DNA of 64,000 nt. Source: Haliotis rubra. Lineage: Eukaryota. This document shows, piece after piece, positions 49,528-62,174 of this stretch (positions are counted from its first letter, which is position 1; each line of letters starts with the position of its first letter). Position numbers and translations under genes: made by a program. The DNA lies in assembly GCF_003918875.1 (NCBI RefSeq), contig NW_025766658.1:1054001-1118000 (forward strand), written 5' to 3'. The notes beneath the pieces are model-generated. The model searched no databases. It saw only the letters and a list, made by a program, of their open reading frames with translations, and had not been told where the DNA came from.

Positions 49528-50600
49528 CTACCTTCGCCTGACTCTAAGTAGATATCTGCCCTCGCCTGATGTTCCGTAGATATCTACCCTCGCCTGATTT
49601 CCTTAGATATCAACCCTCGCCTGATGTTCCGTAGATATCTACCCTCGCCTGATGTTCCGTAGATATCTACCCTCGCCTGATGTTCCGTAGATATCTACCC
49701 TCGCCTGATTTCCGTAGAAAAAATATTTAACCTCGCCTGACTCTCCGTAGACTATCTCACCTCGCCGACTCCTGATGATATCTGACCCTCGCGCCTGACG
49801 TCTACCCTCGCCTGATTTCCGTAGAAAAATGATGATTAACCTCGCCTGACTCGTAGACAAAGACAAAATCATCGAACAACGCCTGACTCTCCGTAGACAA
49901 ATGATCTTACCTCGCCTGACTCTCGATAGACAAATGATCTAACCTCGCCTAATTCTCCGTAGACAAATCATCGAACAACGCCTGACTCTCCGTAGACAAA
50001 TGATCTTACCTCGCCTGACTCTCGATAGACAAATGATCTAACCTCGCCTGACTCGCCGTAGACAAATGATCTAACCTTACCTGACTCTCCGTAGACAAAT
50101 GATCTTACCTCGCCTGACTCTCCGTAGACAAATCATCGAACAACGCCTGACTCTCCGTAGACAAATGATCTAACCTTACCCGACTCTCGGTAGACAAATG
50201 ATCTAACCTCGTCTGACTCTCGGTAGACAAATGATCTAACCTCGCCTGACTCTCGATAGACAAATGATCTAACCCCGCCTAATTCTCCGTAGACAAATGA
50301 TCTAACCTCACCTGTCTCTCGGTAGACAAATGATCTAACCTCACCTGTCTCTCCGTAGACAAATGATCTAACCTCACCTGTCTCTCGGTAGACAAATGAT
50401 CTAACCTCACCTGTCTCTCCGTAGACAAATGAGCTAACCTCACCTGTCTCTCGGTAGACAAATGATCTAACCTCACCTGTCTCTTCGTAGACAAATGATC
50501 TAACCTCGCCTGATTTTCCGTTAATAAATTATTTAACCAGATTTTCCGTAGATATTAACCTCAACTGACTCAACGCAGATATTTACCCTCACCTAAATAT
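49528..50600. repeat. Compound minisatellite: 29-bp units grading into 33-bp units
   Basis: GATGTTCCGTAGATATCTACCCTCGCCT, then CTCTCCGTAGACAAATGATCTAACCTCGCCTGA. Confidence 0.95.
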
Positions 50601-51399
50601 TCGCCGATATTTCACTACGCCAGATTCTCCCCAGGTAATTAGTAAATATCTGATTCATCCCTTTTCACTGTGCTAGTATATTGCCTAACTTCGCAATCAG
50701 CAATATTTCAGCCACATCACATTGCAAATTGTAAAAAGTCTGGAACAACCAACCAAGTGGTTGACATGATGAGCATTGAGTGAGTTTGGTTTTACGCCGC
50801 TTTTGCAATATTCCAGCAATATCACGTCGGGGGACACCAGAAATGGGCTTCACGCATCATGAGCATTGATATGCGCATTGTGGATTGGATGATATACAAG
50901 TCAGATGATACACAAGCCTGACCACCCGACGCTTTGGACAAGCACTGGCTGGGTAACACTAATCCTGACGTTGGATTCACTCGGGTAACCTCACTGCTAT
51001 CAACCCAACCACCAGATTACCAGGTTTACAGGTTAACTAGATTAAAAGTATATAATAAATTGTGCAACAGTTTAAAAAATATATCTTTTAAGCTGACGGT
51101 AACCACAGCAAACATGATGACACGATGTTTACTTGCAGATATATCTATACAATATCAACAACTCCACAAATTATGGCATCATGAGACATAATCTACTCCT
51201 CGTCTTAATATTTGTTATGCTTTTTATATTTGTGTAGAATTGAAACAAAAAAAATCGATAGACGTAAAATATTGTAAATGGCGGCGTCCACTCGCAACAT
51301 TTTGTTAGCTTTGAAATAACATCGATATTGTTGTGTAAAGGTAAAGATTGCCGCCTGTGAGCGAGTGAGTCAATTAATTGATAAAATACGGCAAATATT

Positions 51400-51600
51400 A
51401 GCCCACTTACAAGTAGATACACACAGCAACACTTGCTCGGATCGCGGCGAGGCGGGAGGCGGGTTAACTCGCCCATTGTTGCGCGCACGTGAGCCACTCA
51501 ACATGGCGGTTTGATCTGGTTTCTTTATCGCAACACACAGGTGTAACAACGCAGCAGCTTGCGGGGGGGTCCCCTGAGATTTGGAAAAGAAACAAGATTA
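51400..51600. promoter_or_regulatory. CpG-rich promoter-like motif cluster
   Basis: Two AGGCGGG GC boxes, TGCGCGCA overlapping CACGTG, and AACATGGCGG (YY1-like) within about 60 bp. No associated ORF seen. Confidence 0.4.
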
Positions 51601-51954
51601 TTCATAAACCTTCAACTATTATCAAATCATATTTGATGACATGTTTCATTTTCCACTTTTAAATTTAAATTTGAACGCAATGTAAAATAAAGTACCTGTT
51701 ATATTTAATGGGCACTACAGCGGATTCCTTTCACGTAAGCCGTGAATTAGGATAGCGGTTACTTGATCCAGAACACTATAAATATTGTTTAGTTTATGAA
51801 AAGAAAATGTGCGTATATCTGTAGATATATGTAAAATATGACTTCATCAAAGTCATAAGTATTTACAACATATCTCTAAAGAAAAACCAAGACTACAAAT
51901 ACTAGAAATGTGCATTTAACAACGGAAGCAACATGCCTCCCTGTATATTGTAGG

Positions 51955-52115
51955 GAGTAGAGTGAGTTAAATTTTAACGTCACATCGGTAGTATTTCAGC
52001 CATATTGTGGCGAGAACAGTTCCTACATCGATAATTCGTCAAATCTAATTGTAAAACTTTTCGAGTAAAGGCAGTCAAACGTCTAGACTATCACAGATAC
52101 AGATTTTAAATTTTT
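51955..52115 (-). mobile_element. Family D 3' fragment
   Basis: GAGTGAGTTAAATTTTAACGTCACATCGG..GTATTTCAGCCATA..GAGAAC is shared with 52593 and 56244. Confidence 0.75.
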
Positions 52116-52592
52116 TAACACTTAATCGTTAAAATATACCACTGAACCGAACTGTACAAAATACACAAGGATATAGTTCTCCGGCAACTGAAGGTAGATC
52201 ACCATACTAGGGTCTATGACTATGAGGACTTGCAGTGCCTCTGTTTGATTTACACCATCCCCTTGGTCCTTTGTTGTACTGTCTACAGCATTCGAGATCG
52301 GCTCTGTGAGTTTGATATTCGTTCGGGACAAGAGGTGTTCGACATTTTAAATTTATTGTTTTGTTATTCTGATGAAAACTGCTGCATTGAGAATCGCATA
52401 TATTTCAGAAAACCATACGATTATTTAGGTTTAGGTTTCAAGTCTTAAAACACAGATGGAGTAATATACGGACTGGTGTAGCTAAGCTAGATTCCACATC
52501 ACTTTGGTTGATGAATCGTTCATGATCGAAGCTGTAGTTCTTGTAGTTACGAAATTATATGTATACACTTTAACAGACTGGCTTTATGTATT

Positions 52593-52870
52593 GGGTGAGT
52601 GAGTTAAAATTTATCGTCACATCGGCAGTATTTCAATCATATAGTTACTAACATAATATCAGTCACAGATGTAGCTAAAATATTTGCAAGAAATCACAAA
52701 TTTGGATAACAAAAACTAACTATTAAAACGTATGTTATATTTGGGATTACACCTTCTTAGTAAAGTACAAATTTTAGTCCCATCCGGGATTCGAACCCAC
52801 ACCCTCAGAGTCAGGCACCTAAGCGCCAGCACTCAAAGTCAGACGTCTAGACCGATCAGCCACCGCAGCT
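52593..52870 (-). mobile_element. Family D SINE-like element with a tRNA-Leu-like head
   Basis: Minus strand GCGGTGGCTGATCGGTCTAG (A box) ...GGGTGTGGGTTCGAATCCCG (B box), an AT-rich body, and a tail homologous to families A and B. Contiguity of head and tail is assumed. Confidence 0.65.
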
Positions 52871-53250
52871 TCCACAAAAATGGAGGTCGGACAACTGGTA
52901 GTCTAGACTGCGGACTTTGTGTACCCCTCTGATAAGTGTAAATGGCACGGCTCCCACGGCCGAAAGCTATGAAATACACAATGCCATTTTAGAAAGTGGT
53001 TAAATGTAACGTATCTTATATTTTGGATTACACTTTCTTAGTGTAATTCTTAGTCTTTGTATTTCATAGCTTTCGGCCGTGGAAGCCGTGCCAGTTAACA
53101 CTTATCAGAGGGGTACACAAAGTCCGCAGTCTAGACTACCAGTTGCCCGACTTCCATTTGTGTGGAGGCCGCGGTGGCTGAGCGGTCTAGGCTTCTGAAT
53201 TTGTGTGCTGGCAATTAGGTGCCTGACTCTGAGGGTGTGGGTTCGAATTC
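52785..53250. repeat. Long inverted repeat: arms about 52785-52978 and 53058-53250, spacer about 80 bp
   Basis: For example CTGGTAGTCTAGACTGCGGACTTTGTGTACCCCTCTGATAAGTGT matches ACACTTATCAGAGGGGTACACAAAGTCCGCAGTCTAGACTACCAG exactly in reverse complement. Confidence 0.95.
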
Positions 53251-53254
53251 CAGC

Positions 53255-53490
53255 ACGTTAATACTGCAATACCACGGCAGGGGACATCATAAAAAGGCTT
53301 CACACATTGTACCCATGTGGGGAATCGAACCGGATCTTCGGCGGGACGAGTGGAGTCACCACAAGGCTACTCCACCGCTCTCTGTTTCACTATACTGACT
53401 GACTGAGTTTGGTTTTACGCCGCTTTTAGCAATATTCCAGCAACATCACGGCGGGGGACACCAGAAATGGGCTTCACACATTGTACCCAG
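53255..53490 (-). mobile_element. Two family A SINE pieces; the second is 5'-truncated with its own TSD
   Basis: Family A body twice; GTTTCACTATAC flanks the 53396-53489 piece. Confidence 0.85.
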
Positions 53491-53783
53491 TTTCACTATA
53501 CAGTCTCAGCACTCATACCTTAACAAAGACTAAAGATTGATGCGAACCGTGGGTTCCATTTCACAAAGCGATCTTGGTGGGAAGTCACAGGGTGATAAAC
53601 AAGTGTCATGGGATACAGACGTTTAAGTATCAGGATCTGTGTATCCCTTTTTGATCGAAACGTGATCGGATTCGACACAAACACATCCGATTCAAAGGGA
53701 TGCAATTAGTCGTCCGCGAATGTCGCCTCCCAGTCCAGAGTGAGTGAGAGTTATTTAATGCCAATTTTGGCAATCTTCTAAAT

Positions 53784-54135
53784 GACCCGTGAAGATGCGT
53801 CTTAGAACTGGAATTTTCAGAAACCGGTGCTTGTTGCAAGAGGCCTAGCAGCTAACATTATAGGGTGGTTGGGTTCTCTGACTTGGCTGATGTCTTCGGT
53901 ATCAATTACCTACACTGATGCTCATGATGTCACTCACTGGAATTATCTGTCCCAGTCTCGACTATTTACATATTAATGCCACACAAATGGAATACTGCTG
54001 AGTGCAGCGTAAAACAAGCAAACAAACAATAGGGATATCATGACATGTGTCAACCAAGTCAGCGATCCCAACGACTCGATCCCGTTAGTCCCGTGTTACG
54101 ATAAAAATTGGTTGCCGAAGGCCATTTCTAACCAA
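53784..54135. mobile_element. Two diverged family B copies in opposite orientation (53784-54028 plus, 54038-54133 minus)
   Basis: GACCCGTGAAGATG start and (AAAC)n tail, then the reverse-strand 5' half carrying the GGCCTTC variant. Confidence 0.75.
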
Positions 54136-54473
54136 ACAACCAACCAAGCAACCAACCAACCAAACAAACAAACATAATCTATATACGGTACAACTGACAT
54201 CACAAGATCGCACAACCTCTTTTTCACACTAATTACATTATCGTGTTACTACGTCCACACCACGTGGTTAGCGCTGAGGTATTTCGTCAGGACTATCCAC
54301 TGTCGTTCCCCTGGGCAAAAAGTATACGTGTACATTTTAACGACAAACAGAGAAACTATTCTACCAGTGAAAAGGAAAGACATCTTCTTTGTTATTGGCT
54401 ATGTAACTATTTGAAGTGTACTTCAAGGGTACTTTATTTCATATTTATGTGTTCACTGATCAGGATACTCTAA

Positions 54474-54724
54474 GACCCGTGAAGATCCGGGTAAGAATAT
54501 TGATCTTCAGTAACCCATGCTTGTGGTAAGAGGCGATTAACGGGATCGGGTGGTCAGGCTCGCTGACTTGGTTGACACATGTCATCGGTTTCCAATTGCG
54601 CAGATCTACTTCTTATGCTGTTGATCACTGGATTGTCTGGTCCCTACACAATTATTTACAGACCGCCGCTATATAGCTGGAATATTGCTGAGTGCGGCGT
54701 AAAACTAAACTCATTCACTCACTC
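54474..54724 (+). mobile_element. Family B retroelement, full length
   Basis: GACCCGTGAAGATCCGGGTAAGAATATTGATCTTCAGTAACCC...GCGGCGTAAAACTAAACTCATTCACTC. Confidence 0.92.
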
Positions 54725-55029
54725 TGTTTTGTCTTCACAAAATGAAGAACAAAAACCAACACCCCATGCGCTGGTACTTGTCTTTCCGGGAGTCGATTTG
54801 AAGTCCTTAGGTTTAACGCCGTTCAGGACAGACTGTGTGTTTCAGTTACATTCGATGTCAGTTTCAAGTGGCAACAAACCCTGGGATGCAGGTATCAGAT
54901 GAAGGTGTGTACTGACAAGTTGCCCCATGGCTTACCACCCTCCCCCCCCGGGGGTGCGTGCACAATCATGACAGTGCTAGCGCTCAGTTTTGGCACACAT
55001 TTAGTTCGATCAATAGAATCCTAGCATAC

Positions 55030-55244
55030 CTTTTGTGTGTCTGTTTGATGCCGCCCTCCGCAATATTCAGGCTAGATGACGGAGTTTTGTAAACAGTCCA
55101 GTCTGGACCACACAATCTAGTGATCAAACATCGATGCATGCAGCTGAAATACGATGACATGTGTCAACCAAGTCAGCGAGCCTGACCCCATCCCGTAGGT
55201 CGCCTCTTGGTGAACACCAACTCTAACTCGGATCTTCACGGGTC
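55030..55244 (-). mobile_element. Family B retroelement, diverged, same 5' end
   Basis: Ends CGGATCTTCACGGGTC on the plus strand. Confidence 0.82.
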
Positions 55245-55357
55245 TGTAACATGCTTCACATTCTTTACTTATATAATTAGTTTACGCATCAGTTGATCTT
55301 AAAAATCGAAAATTCAGGAAAAAGTAATTTTTGATACTCCCTACAGTAAAGATAAAT

Positions 55358-55682
55358 GAGGGAGTTTGGTATTACGTCACTTTTAACAACATTCCAGCAA
55401 TATAACGGCGGGGACACTAGAAATAGGCTTCACACATTGTACACAGGGGCGGATACAGCTTTTTGAGAAAGGAGGGGTGCATACTATTGAGAAAGTTGGG
55501 GTGCACACTTCATTTTCACGAGAGTTTCAATGGTCATTTAATAAAATTAGAGGACAAAAGGGAGGGTGCGCACCCCTGCACCCCCCCTCTGGATCCGCCT
55601 ATGGTACACATGTGGGGCATCGAACCTGGATCTGCGGTGTGACGAACGAACGCTTTCACCGCTAGGCTACCCCACCGCCCAC
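55358..55682 (-). mobile_element. Family A SINE interrupted by a 160-bp MITE (55444-55603)
   Basis: MITE ends CAGGGGCGGATACAG / CTGGATCCGCCTATG with 5-bp TSD GTACA; the SINE halves join across it. Confidence 0.88.
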
Positions 55683-55773
55683 AGTAAAGATCATTTTGAC
55701 TATAAATAAATCCAAAGGATTTCCATGACCAAAACAATAACATAATTGTAGGTCATGTTTCAGAATTATAATA

Positions 55774-56234
55774 TACTGTGAATAAGAAGTTAAGCGCCAC
55801 CCAGTATATTTTGCCAATATAGGTTGTCTCATAGGAAATGTTTCAGAAAACTATCATTATTTGGTTTAGTACTTTTAGTTTAAAAACAAAACCATTATGG
55901 AAATTATCTTTTACTTTAAACAGGATATACGCGCTTTTGGAAAACATGCATTTTGTTTTCCTCAAAAGGGTTACCTTCTTTTGAAAAGTGAAAATCAGAA
56001 ATGACTGTTATATGGTCACATGATTGTCATTTTTGACAAGTGAAACCTAAGTTTAATACAATGTAGTGTTGTATAAGCAGAATAGGAATAGTTCTTTTGC
56101 TTTAAAAATCAGTGCCATCATATCTTTAACAATATTTCTGTGGATTGACCTTCCCAATTATATTAGCCTGACATTTCCACAGCTTCACATCTTAGTTTTA
56201 AAACAGGCTGGCGCTTAACTTGTTATTCCCGGTA
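55774..56234. mobile_element. Tc1/mariner-like MITE
   Basis: TIRs TACTGTGAATAAGAAGTTAAGCGCCA / TGGCGCTTAACTTGTTATTCCCGGTA flanked by TA. Confidence 0.8.
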
Positions 56235-56243
56235 TATATTGAA

Positions 56244-56450
56244 TGAGTGAGTGAGTTAATATTTAACGTCACATCGGCAATATTTCAGCCATATCGTGAC
56301 GAGAACATTTGATATTGAAATGAAATATATGTATATTATAAAAACCTTCCGACGAAGGACAGTAAAACAACTAGAATATCACAGATATGTATGTAAAACT
56401 AGTAATTAAATCTAAAACTATAGGGAAAAACAATACAGTATAAAATGGGA
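56244..56450 (-). mobile_element. Family D 3' fragment
   Basis: Tail CTGAAATATTGCCGATGTGACGTTAAATATTAACTCACTCACTC on the minus strand. Confidence 0.78.
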
Positions 56451-58553
56451 TATATTGAAGAACAACCAGTTCACGATTGTCTTTTAATCACCTACCAATT
56501 CAACTGAAATGTAACATTATTCAAAAGACATACACACTATATTTTAGTTTATGTTTTCGAACTACCGATAACATTTTGCACATTCAAATTCCCCAAACCA
56601 GGAAGTGTCGAGCCTCTGGAACATAGTATCACAAATGAATCCGCTAAAGTCGATGGGCCCTCCGTTTCAAACGTTAAATGTATATAACAGAGATTATATA
56701 AACAAATTTATTCAGATATTTAAAATGCGATTGACCATACACAAAAACCTGAAACCCCGAAACCGGTTTCCTTCCGATATTTTCTCAAAAACACAAAACA
56801 ATTAAAAAAAACATACCGACAAATTTTGTAGCTTTCATCCAAATCGAATTCTGCATTAAGATAATTATTTTCAAACATCTTTTGAGAACTGGATTCATCT
56901 AAAGTAACGCACCTTGAGAAAAGACTATTGACAACGACAAACAAAGATTTCTTTCTAAATTCCCAATTAATTGTTAATGAGGCCTGTCAGTGCCAGCATC
57001 AGGTGTGGACAGGTGCGAGGATGAGACGCTGTCTCACCTGTTCCAGGTAGCACAACACACATTACCGCTGAATAGCTTGACTCTCCATTTACCTGCCTAA
57101 TTATACTTTAATGCACTTGATTTATCCCGTTTGAATTATTGAAGACATAATTTCTCTATCATAATGCATATTGTTTGGCATTTAAACCCTTGCATTTTTT
57201 AAATAGTTCAAATGTGTTATTTAACAAAATTTATGATGAGTATATTTTAGTTCAATTGATTTTCATTCATTTCAAGTTGAACAATTGCTATGGATAGATA
57301 GACTATTTCTTATATGGATAGAGACACAATTGCAATAGATTTATTTATTTCTAAAATACCCATCAAAGAAGATTTATTGTAGATGCTAACTACGTTATCA
57401 AGCACTTGCTTACTAAAGAATTCTACCGTAAGTGTTTATATTAAACGTGAAACCTCATATGGAATCTCGAGCTCCACAATGCAGTAATTGCAACAATACA
57501 GAAGAACCAGTTCTCGTCGTAACCACAAATGTCGATCAACACAAACCTAGATGTAACGGAGAATTATGAGTGGTGATGAATGCAGCAATTAGTCATAGAC
57601 GACTACACAAAGGAAAGTCAATGACAGTAACGTAAAGACAAGTAAAGACAAGTAAACAATTAAAAAAGACGTTGAAAACAATCACACAAAGATAATTGCA
57701 CTCGTCAGCAACAACAAACTCTCGAATATACTCTGCGCTTATGATGGAGTGGAACAATTACCTGCTCATTATGATTATATTCACAAATAACATTAAATAA
57801 AGAAGCATAAAGAACATATTTTCAAAATTAAAAATGAATTAATGTTTGTATTTCAAATTAAATCTATTAGGAAACAGTGTTAATATACTCATGAATTGAT
57901 CAGAGGGTTTAACGCATTAAGAGACAGCGTTGTATAGTTTATAAAATGATATATATTTTGATAAATATTTTTTAGTTCATATTGGAAACACGTCAATGAA
58001 ACATTTTCCAGGAACTGATTCCGCCCAGTGCAGGCGGAGATGGGATCAAGTGCTTTGAAAAGAGAGATTAACCTGTGCAGAGTTATTTCCCTTCTTGTAT
58101 GTCTTCCTCTTCGTCGTCGCCCGTCGGTAACAGCGCGACAGTGCAGCAAGCTCCGGCCACCATGACGTTAGTACTATCTCAATGTTTGTGTGAGTGCGTG
58201 TGATGATTGTGTGTGTGAATGAGTCCGCGCACGCGCACGCTCAGGCGCAGGTGTGAGTGTGTATGTGCGAATATATTTGTGAGTGTGTGATTGCTCGCTC
58301 TCGCGCCCACATGTGTGTGTGCCCGTGTGTGTGCATGCGGGTAACAATTGCATTTACCCTCTGACTACCACTGGGCTCTCATCACAGCTTATCGAAGCGT
58401 CAACGCCTGTGACGGTTCCCTACCAAAACGTCCACATTCAAAAAAGGCTACAGAAACTTCAGGAAGGAAAGTGAGATTACCATTTTTCACAATGGAGCAT
58501 CCCAGACAGGGGTTAGGCGATGAGGATACATCATTTTGTAGGTTATTAGTAGG

Positions 58554-58886
58554 TGAGGTGAAATTGGGTTTAACGTCATGCTTGAGAATATTTCGCTCGT
58601 ATGTGTATGTGCGGCTGCTTGTACTTGCCCAGACTGAAGCTGGTTTTATAGTGCTAGCCCACTGTGATACTATGCCATGCCGCAGTAAAGCATGAATACC
58701 CCACTCAGACACATTATACTGACTCCGAGCCGACCAGTCCTTGTTGTACCCATTAATGTCGAGCGCCAGGCAGGGACCAACAAGTACCATATTTTAACGT
58801 CTTTTGTTATGACGCGGCCGGGGATCGAACCCGCGACCTTCCGCTCTCCGGGCGGACGCTCTAACCACTACACCACGGAGGCGGTT
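58554..58886 (-). mobile_element. Family C SINE, full length
   Basis: A/B boxes, Meta-type core, perfect 11-bp TSD TTATTAGTAGG (58543-58553, 58889-58899). Confidence 0.93.
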
Positions 58887-60144
58887 GCTTATTAGTAGGA
58901 ATCTGAAAAGCGACTTCAATTAGTGTCTGTTTTTATGGTATAAACGCTATACAAAGTGTGTCACAGAGGTGAAAGGCTGCCTTTGTCATTACTGTCAGTC
59001 CATTTGACGTAAAACTCAAGTCCACGGGTGGGCTGTCCAGTACAATCAAGACCTTGCTGTACTTGGATCAGATTCGAAACATTCGTGCTCTGTTACATTG
59101 CTTTGGTAACAATATATATAACCTAAAAGCATTTACAAACCGCAATATGTGTTCAATATACCTGAATCGAGTGATATATGGCAATCATTTCATCAGTGTC
59201 AAAACACAAGCCATGGCGTCAAACAGAAAGGGGTCTTCCCACGTACCCAACTCCTATTGTTTCAGAAGAAGAAATCACTGGGGTGTGATGATCCCCATTA
59301 ATCCCTTATTTTGTTCCCTGTGAAATAGTAGCCGGGACCAAATGGGATAAAATACTACTACTGTTGACTCAATGTTTTTCTATATTCATTACTTATATAA
59401 TATACTTATAATCACCCTATACATATATATCATCAGTATTTCGCAGAACACTTAATATCCAGTCAAAGGGGATACTGAGTCAATGTATGACATGACTGTT
59501 CTGGCACCAATTGTCAGTTCTCTCTTGTACCTTCCATAACAGAAACACTATGAACTCTTTAGTGCGCCATTTATAATGGTGCAACACGCGTCAGAGTACA
59601 GTTTACAGTTTCAATATCTACATCTGTGCTTGAATAGCTTATATCTAGAGTTATGTACAGTATAGGTATTTGGTAGCATTTATATTTGTCTGATCGCAAG
59701 GATCATTACGGGAATAATTAAGCGCACAAACACACAGTATTCGATATCCGACCTGTATTCGAGGAATCTATCGTCTTGAGAAAATATGTTTTCGTTATTT
59801 ATGGTAAGCTATGTTTTTTGCAACGAATGTATAACTGTTTACACAAGCATGTAAATCCATGTATATAAGTTGATTGAGATCATTGGCAGTATTTCGTTTC
59901 CTCACAATCGCGTTTAACTTGTTAATAAAAATAATAGAAATAATATTGCTGAGTGCGGCGTTAAAAACATACCAACCAGCCAACCAATCAACAAACACAG
60001 ATGTTTTATTGGGATTATTTCCTTCATAGCAAATGGATACTTGTGCGAGTTAGGCACGGCTAACCCTATATAAGTGAGGAAGATCTGGTTAAGCGGTTGT
60101 TTGCTAAGAAGACCCAGGGTTTGCCTATACTGCTGAAGAAGACC

Positions 60145-60625
60145 CATCCTCGATAATCTCCAGGGTATACGTTCCGATATAATCTCCACTAGTACCCCAG
60201 ATGCATCTATGGCGTGGCCCGATAATTTTATTACCTCCCTTTGCTGGCTCCGCATTCTCACAATAGCCAATCAGCTAAGCCGCCGTTACAGCCGAGCTTG
60301 TGTCAACAAAGATAGCAGTCGCAGCCGCGAAGGTTTGTTCGCAGTGCGACTCAGATTTTGGGGGAAATCATACAGACAAATTGACAGGTCTGAAACTTTA
60401 AACAATATGGCAAGAACTCTTTCTACCCCTTTCAGAGTACCTCTGCAACAATTATGTTGCCAAGTTTAATCGGTTAGATAAAAGAAGCGAAAGTGAGTTG
60501 TGATTGGTACGCTCAACCTTCCAGCGTTGACACCTGATTGGACAAAAAGCCAGCCAAGGGAGGTAATAAAATCATGGGGCCGAGCCGTAGATCCATCCAG
60601 GGTATAGAGGAGATTATCGAGGATG
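60145..60625. mobile_element. MITE with ~80-bp TIRs and a 9-bp TSD (Mutator-like or Academ-like)
   Basis: CATCCTCGATAATCTCC...ATTTTATTACCTCCCTT / AAGGGAGGTAATAAAAT...GGAGATTATCGAGGATG; perfect TSD AAGAAGACC (60136-60144, 60626-60634). Confidence 0.88.
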
Positions 60626-61192
60626 AAGAAGACCTGGATAGTCCTGTACCTACAGGAGGGTCCAGACCAGCGCAGGCAAGACTTTTAAACGTTTTCAGCA
60701 TAATTACAATGCTTTCGGCAGTTAAAGTATTCAAACTTCCGTGACCTGGAAATACGCACCTGTCTGCACCAGACAGACCATTCATCAACAGTAAAGCCCA
60801 TGTCGCCGAGGTAGGATGACATACAGTCAGCCAAGTCACTGAGTGACCACCCGATCAACAGAGTCTCTTTTCATCACAACTATATGTTTCCATGACAACA
60901 ATAGGTATATATTCCGGAATCATCAAGGTGCAGAAGACGAATTACTGGGCAAGACGTCCAAAGGATAATGACAATTGAAATGACAGTTCACAGATGATTA
61001 CAGATAAGAAACATCAATTTAGCAATTTGTTGAACTTGTTGATCCCTTGGCTTTCTGTAATTATCGATCAATGTGATCAATAACTGCATCTGGTTTTTAG
61101 TGTATGTATAGAGGAAACACGTTTATCATACCGTCCTTTCAAGTTAATGATATGTTTTTAATAATATCATTCACGAAAGAATACATTCCCAC

Positions 61193-62174
61193 TAGGGCTG
61201 GTATGGCCAAAATTTTCGTATCGCGATAGTATTGTGATATGTGTTGACGTATTGCAATATGTCAATATATTGTGATATGTGTTGGCGTATTGCAATATGT
61301 CAATATATTGTGAAAGCGTGAAGCGGCCTTCACACGGCGAACTAAAGTTTGACAACAGATGTTGAAATTTTAAAAGTTGTCAAACTCGCGTTTTCACACG
61401 ACGAAAACATGTTGTCTAACATTCTTGTCATTTGAGCGCCATGTCTCTATCGCTGCGGTCACGTAAAATTTGGTTGTTTCTGAACAATACGAGTTTGACA
61501 ACACTTCAGACGTCAAACTCGAGTTTGACAACACCGAAAGTTTGATGGAAAAGTTGGTGAGAATAGAGACCGATCCTCTTTCTCGACAACAGTTTGACAA
61601 CTCTGAAATTGGTGTTGTTGGAATGTTCACACTCTCAAACCCGAGTTTGACGACATGTGTTGTCAAACTTTAGTTTGTCGTGTGAAGGCCGCTTAACACA
61701 TGGTTTAAGGTAATGAAATTATTGTTTCCTTTCTCTCGAAACAATACCACTGGCCACTGTCAGGACTCAAATGGGATTGTACAAGAGATCAATTGAAAAT
61801 GTTTCCAAATTGAAGACTTCGATCTGAAGTTTGGAACTCGAGAAAAAACGTCTGCAGCGGCGTCCGCCATTTTGGTTTGTTTATCAATTCAGCGAGTGCC
61901 GGTACCATCTATTGTTTTATTTATATGGTTTTTAAGTCATGCAAATGTAATTATATGACCAATAAACTGTTCTCTAAACTGTTAATATATAATAATATAA
62001 AGGAAATACAAATGTTATCGCATTTCTTACTACATCACGAAAACTACCGATCATGGTCACGGAAATTGCCGACCATATCGGGTGAACCGGTTCGCGAAAA
62101 GTGTACCGCAATATATCGTATTGTGAAGTTCGAATTGCAATATACCGGTTAACCGGTATTATCGCCCACTCCTA
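61193..62174. mobile_element. hAT-like MITE containing a nested Harbinger-like MITE
   Basis: TAGGGCTGG / CCCACTCCTA ends, imperfect 8-bp TSD ATTCCCAC / ATTCAAAC, subterminal TATTG/TATCG repeats. Confidence 0.72.
61321..61694. mobile_element. Harbinger-like MITE with ~40-bp TIRs
   Basis: AAGCGGCCTTCACACGGCGAACTAAAGTTTGACAACA / TGTTGTCAAACTTTAGTTTGTCGTGTGAAGGCCGCTT; internal GTTTGACAAC repeats. Confidence 0.88.

Noticed and set aside
52122-52331. LQVLIVIDPSM as an ADAM/ADAMTS-like exon
   Set aside because: Only a short hydrophobic resemblance, weak splice donor, and no other exons found.
54474-54550. Family B 5' end as a canonical HDV-like or hammerhead ribozyme
   Set aside because: CTAA (TTAA in this copy) follows a hairpin as in HDV J4/2, but the 14-nt loop is too short for P2-P3-L3 and the helix order does not fit. 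The minus-strand CTGAAGA has no GAAA partner.
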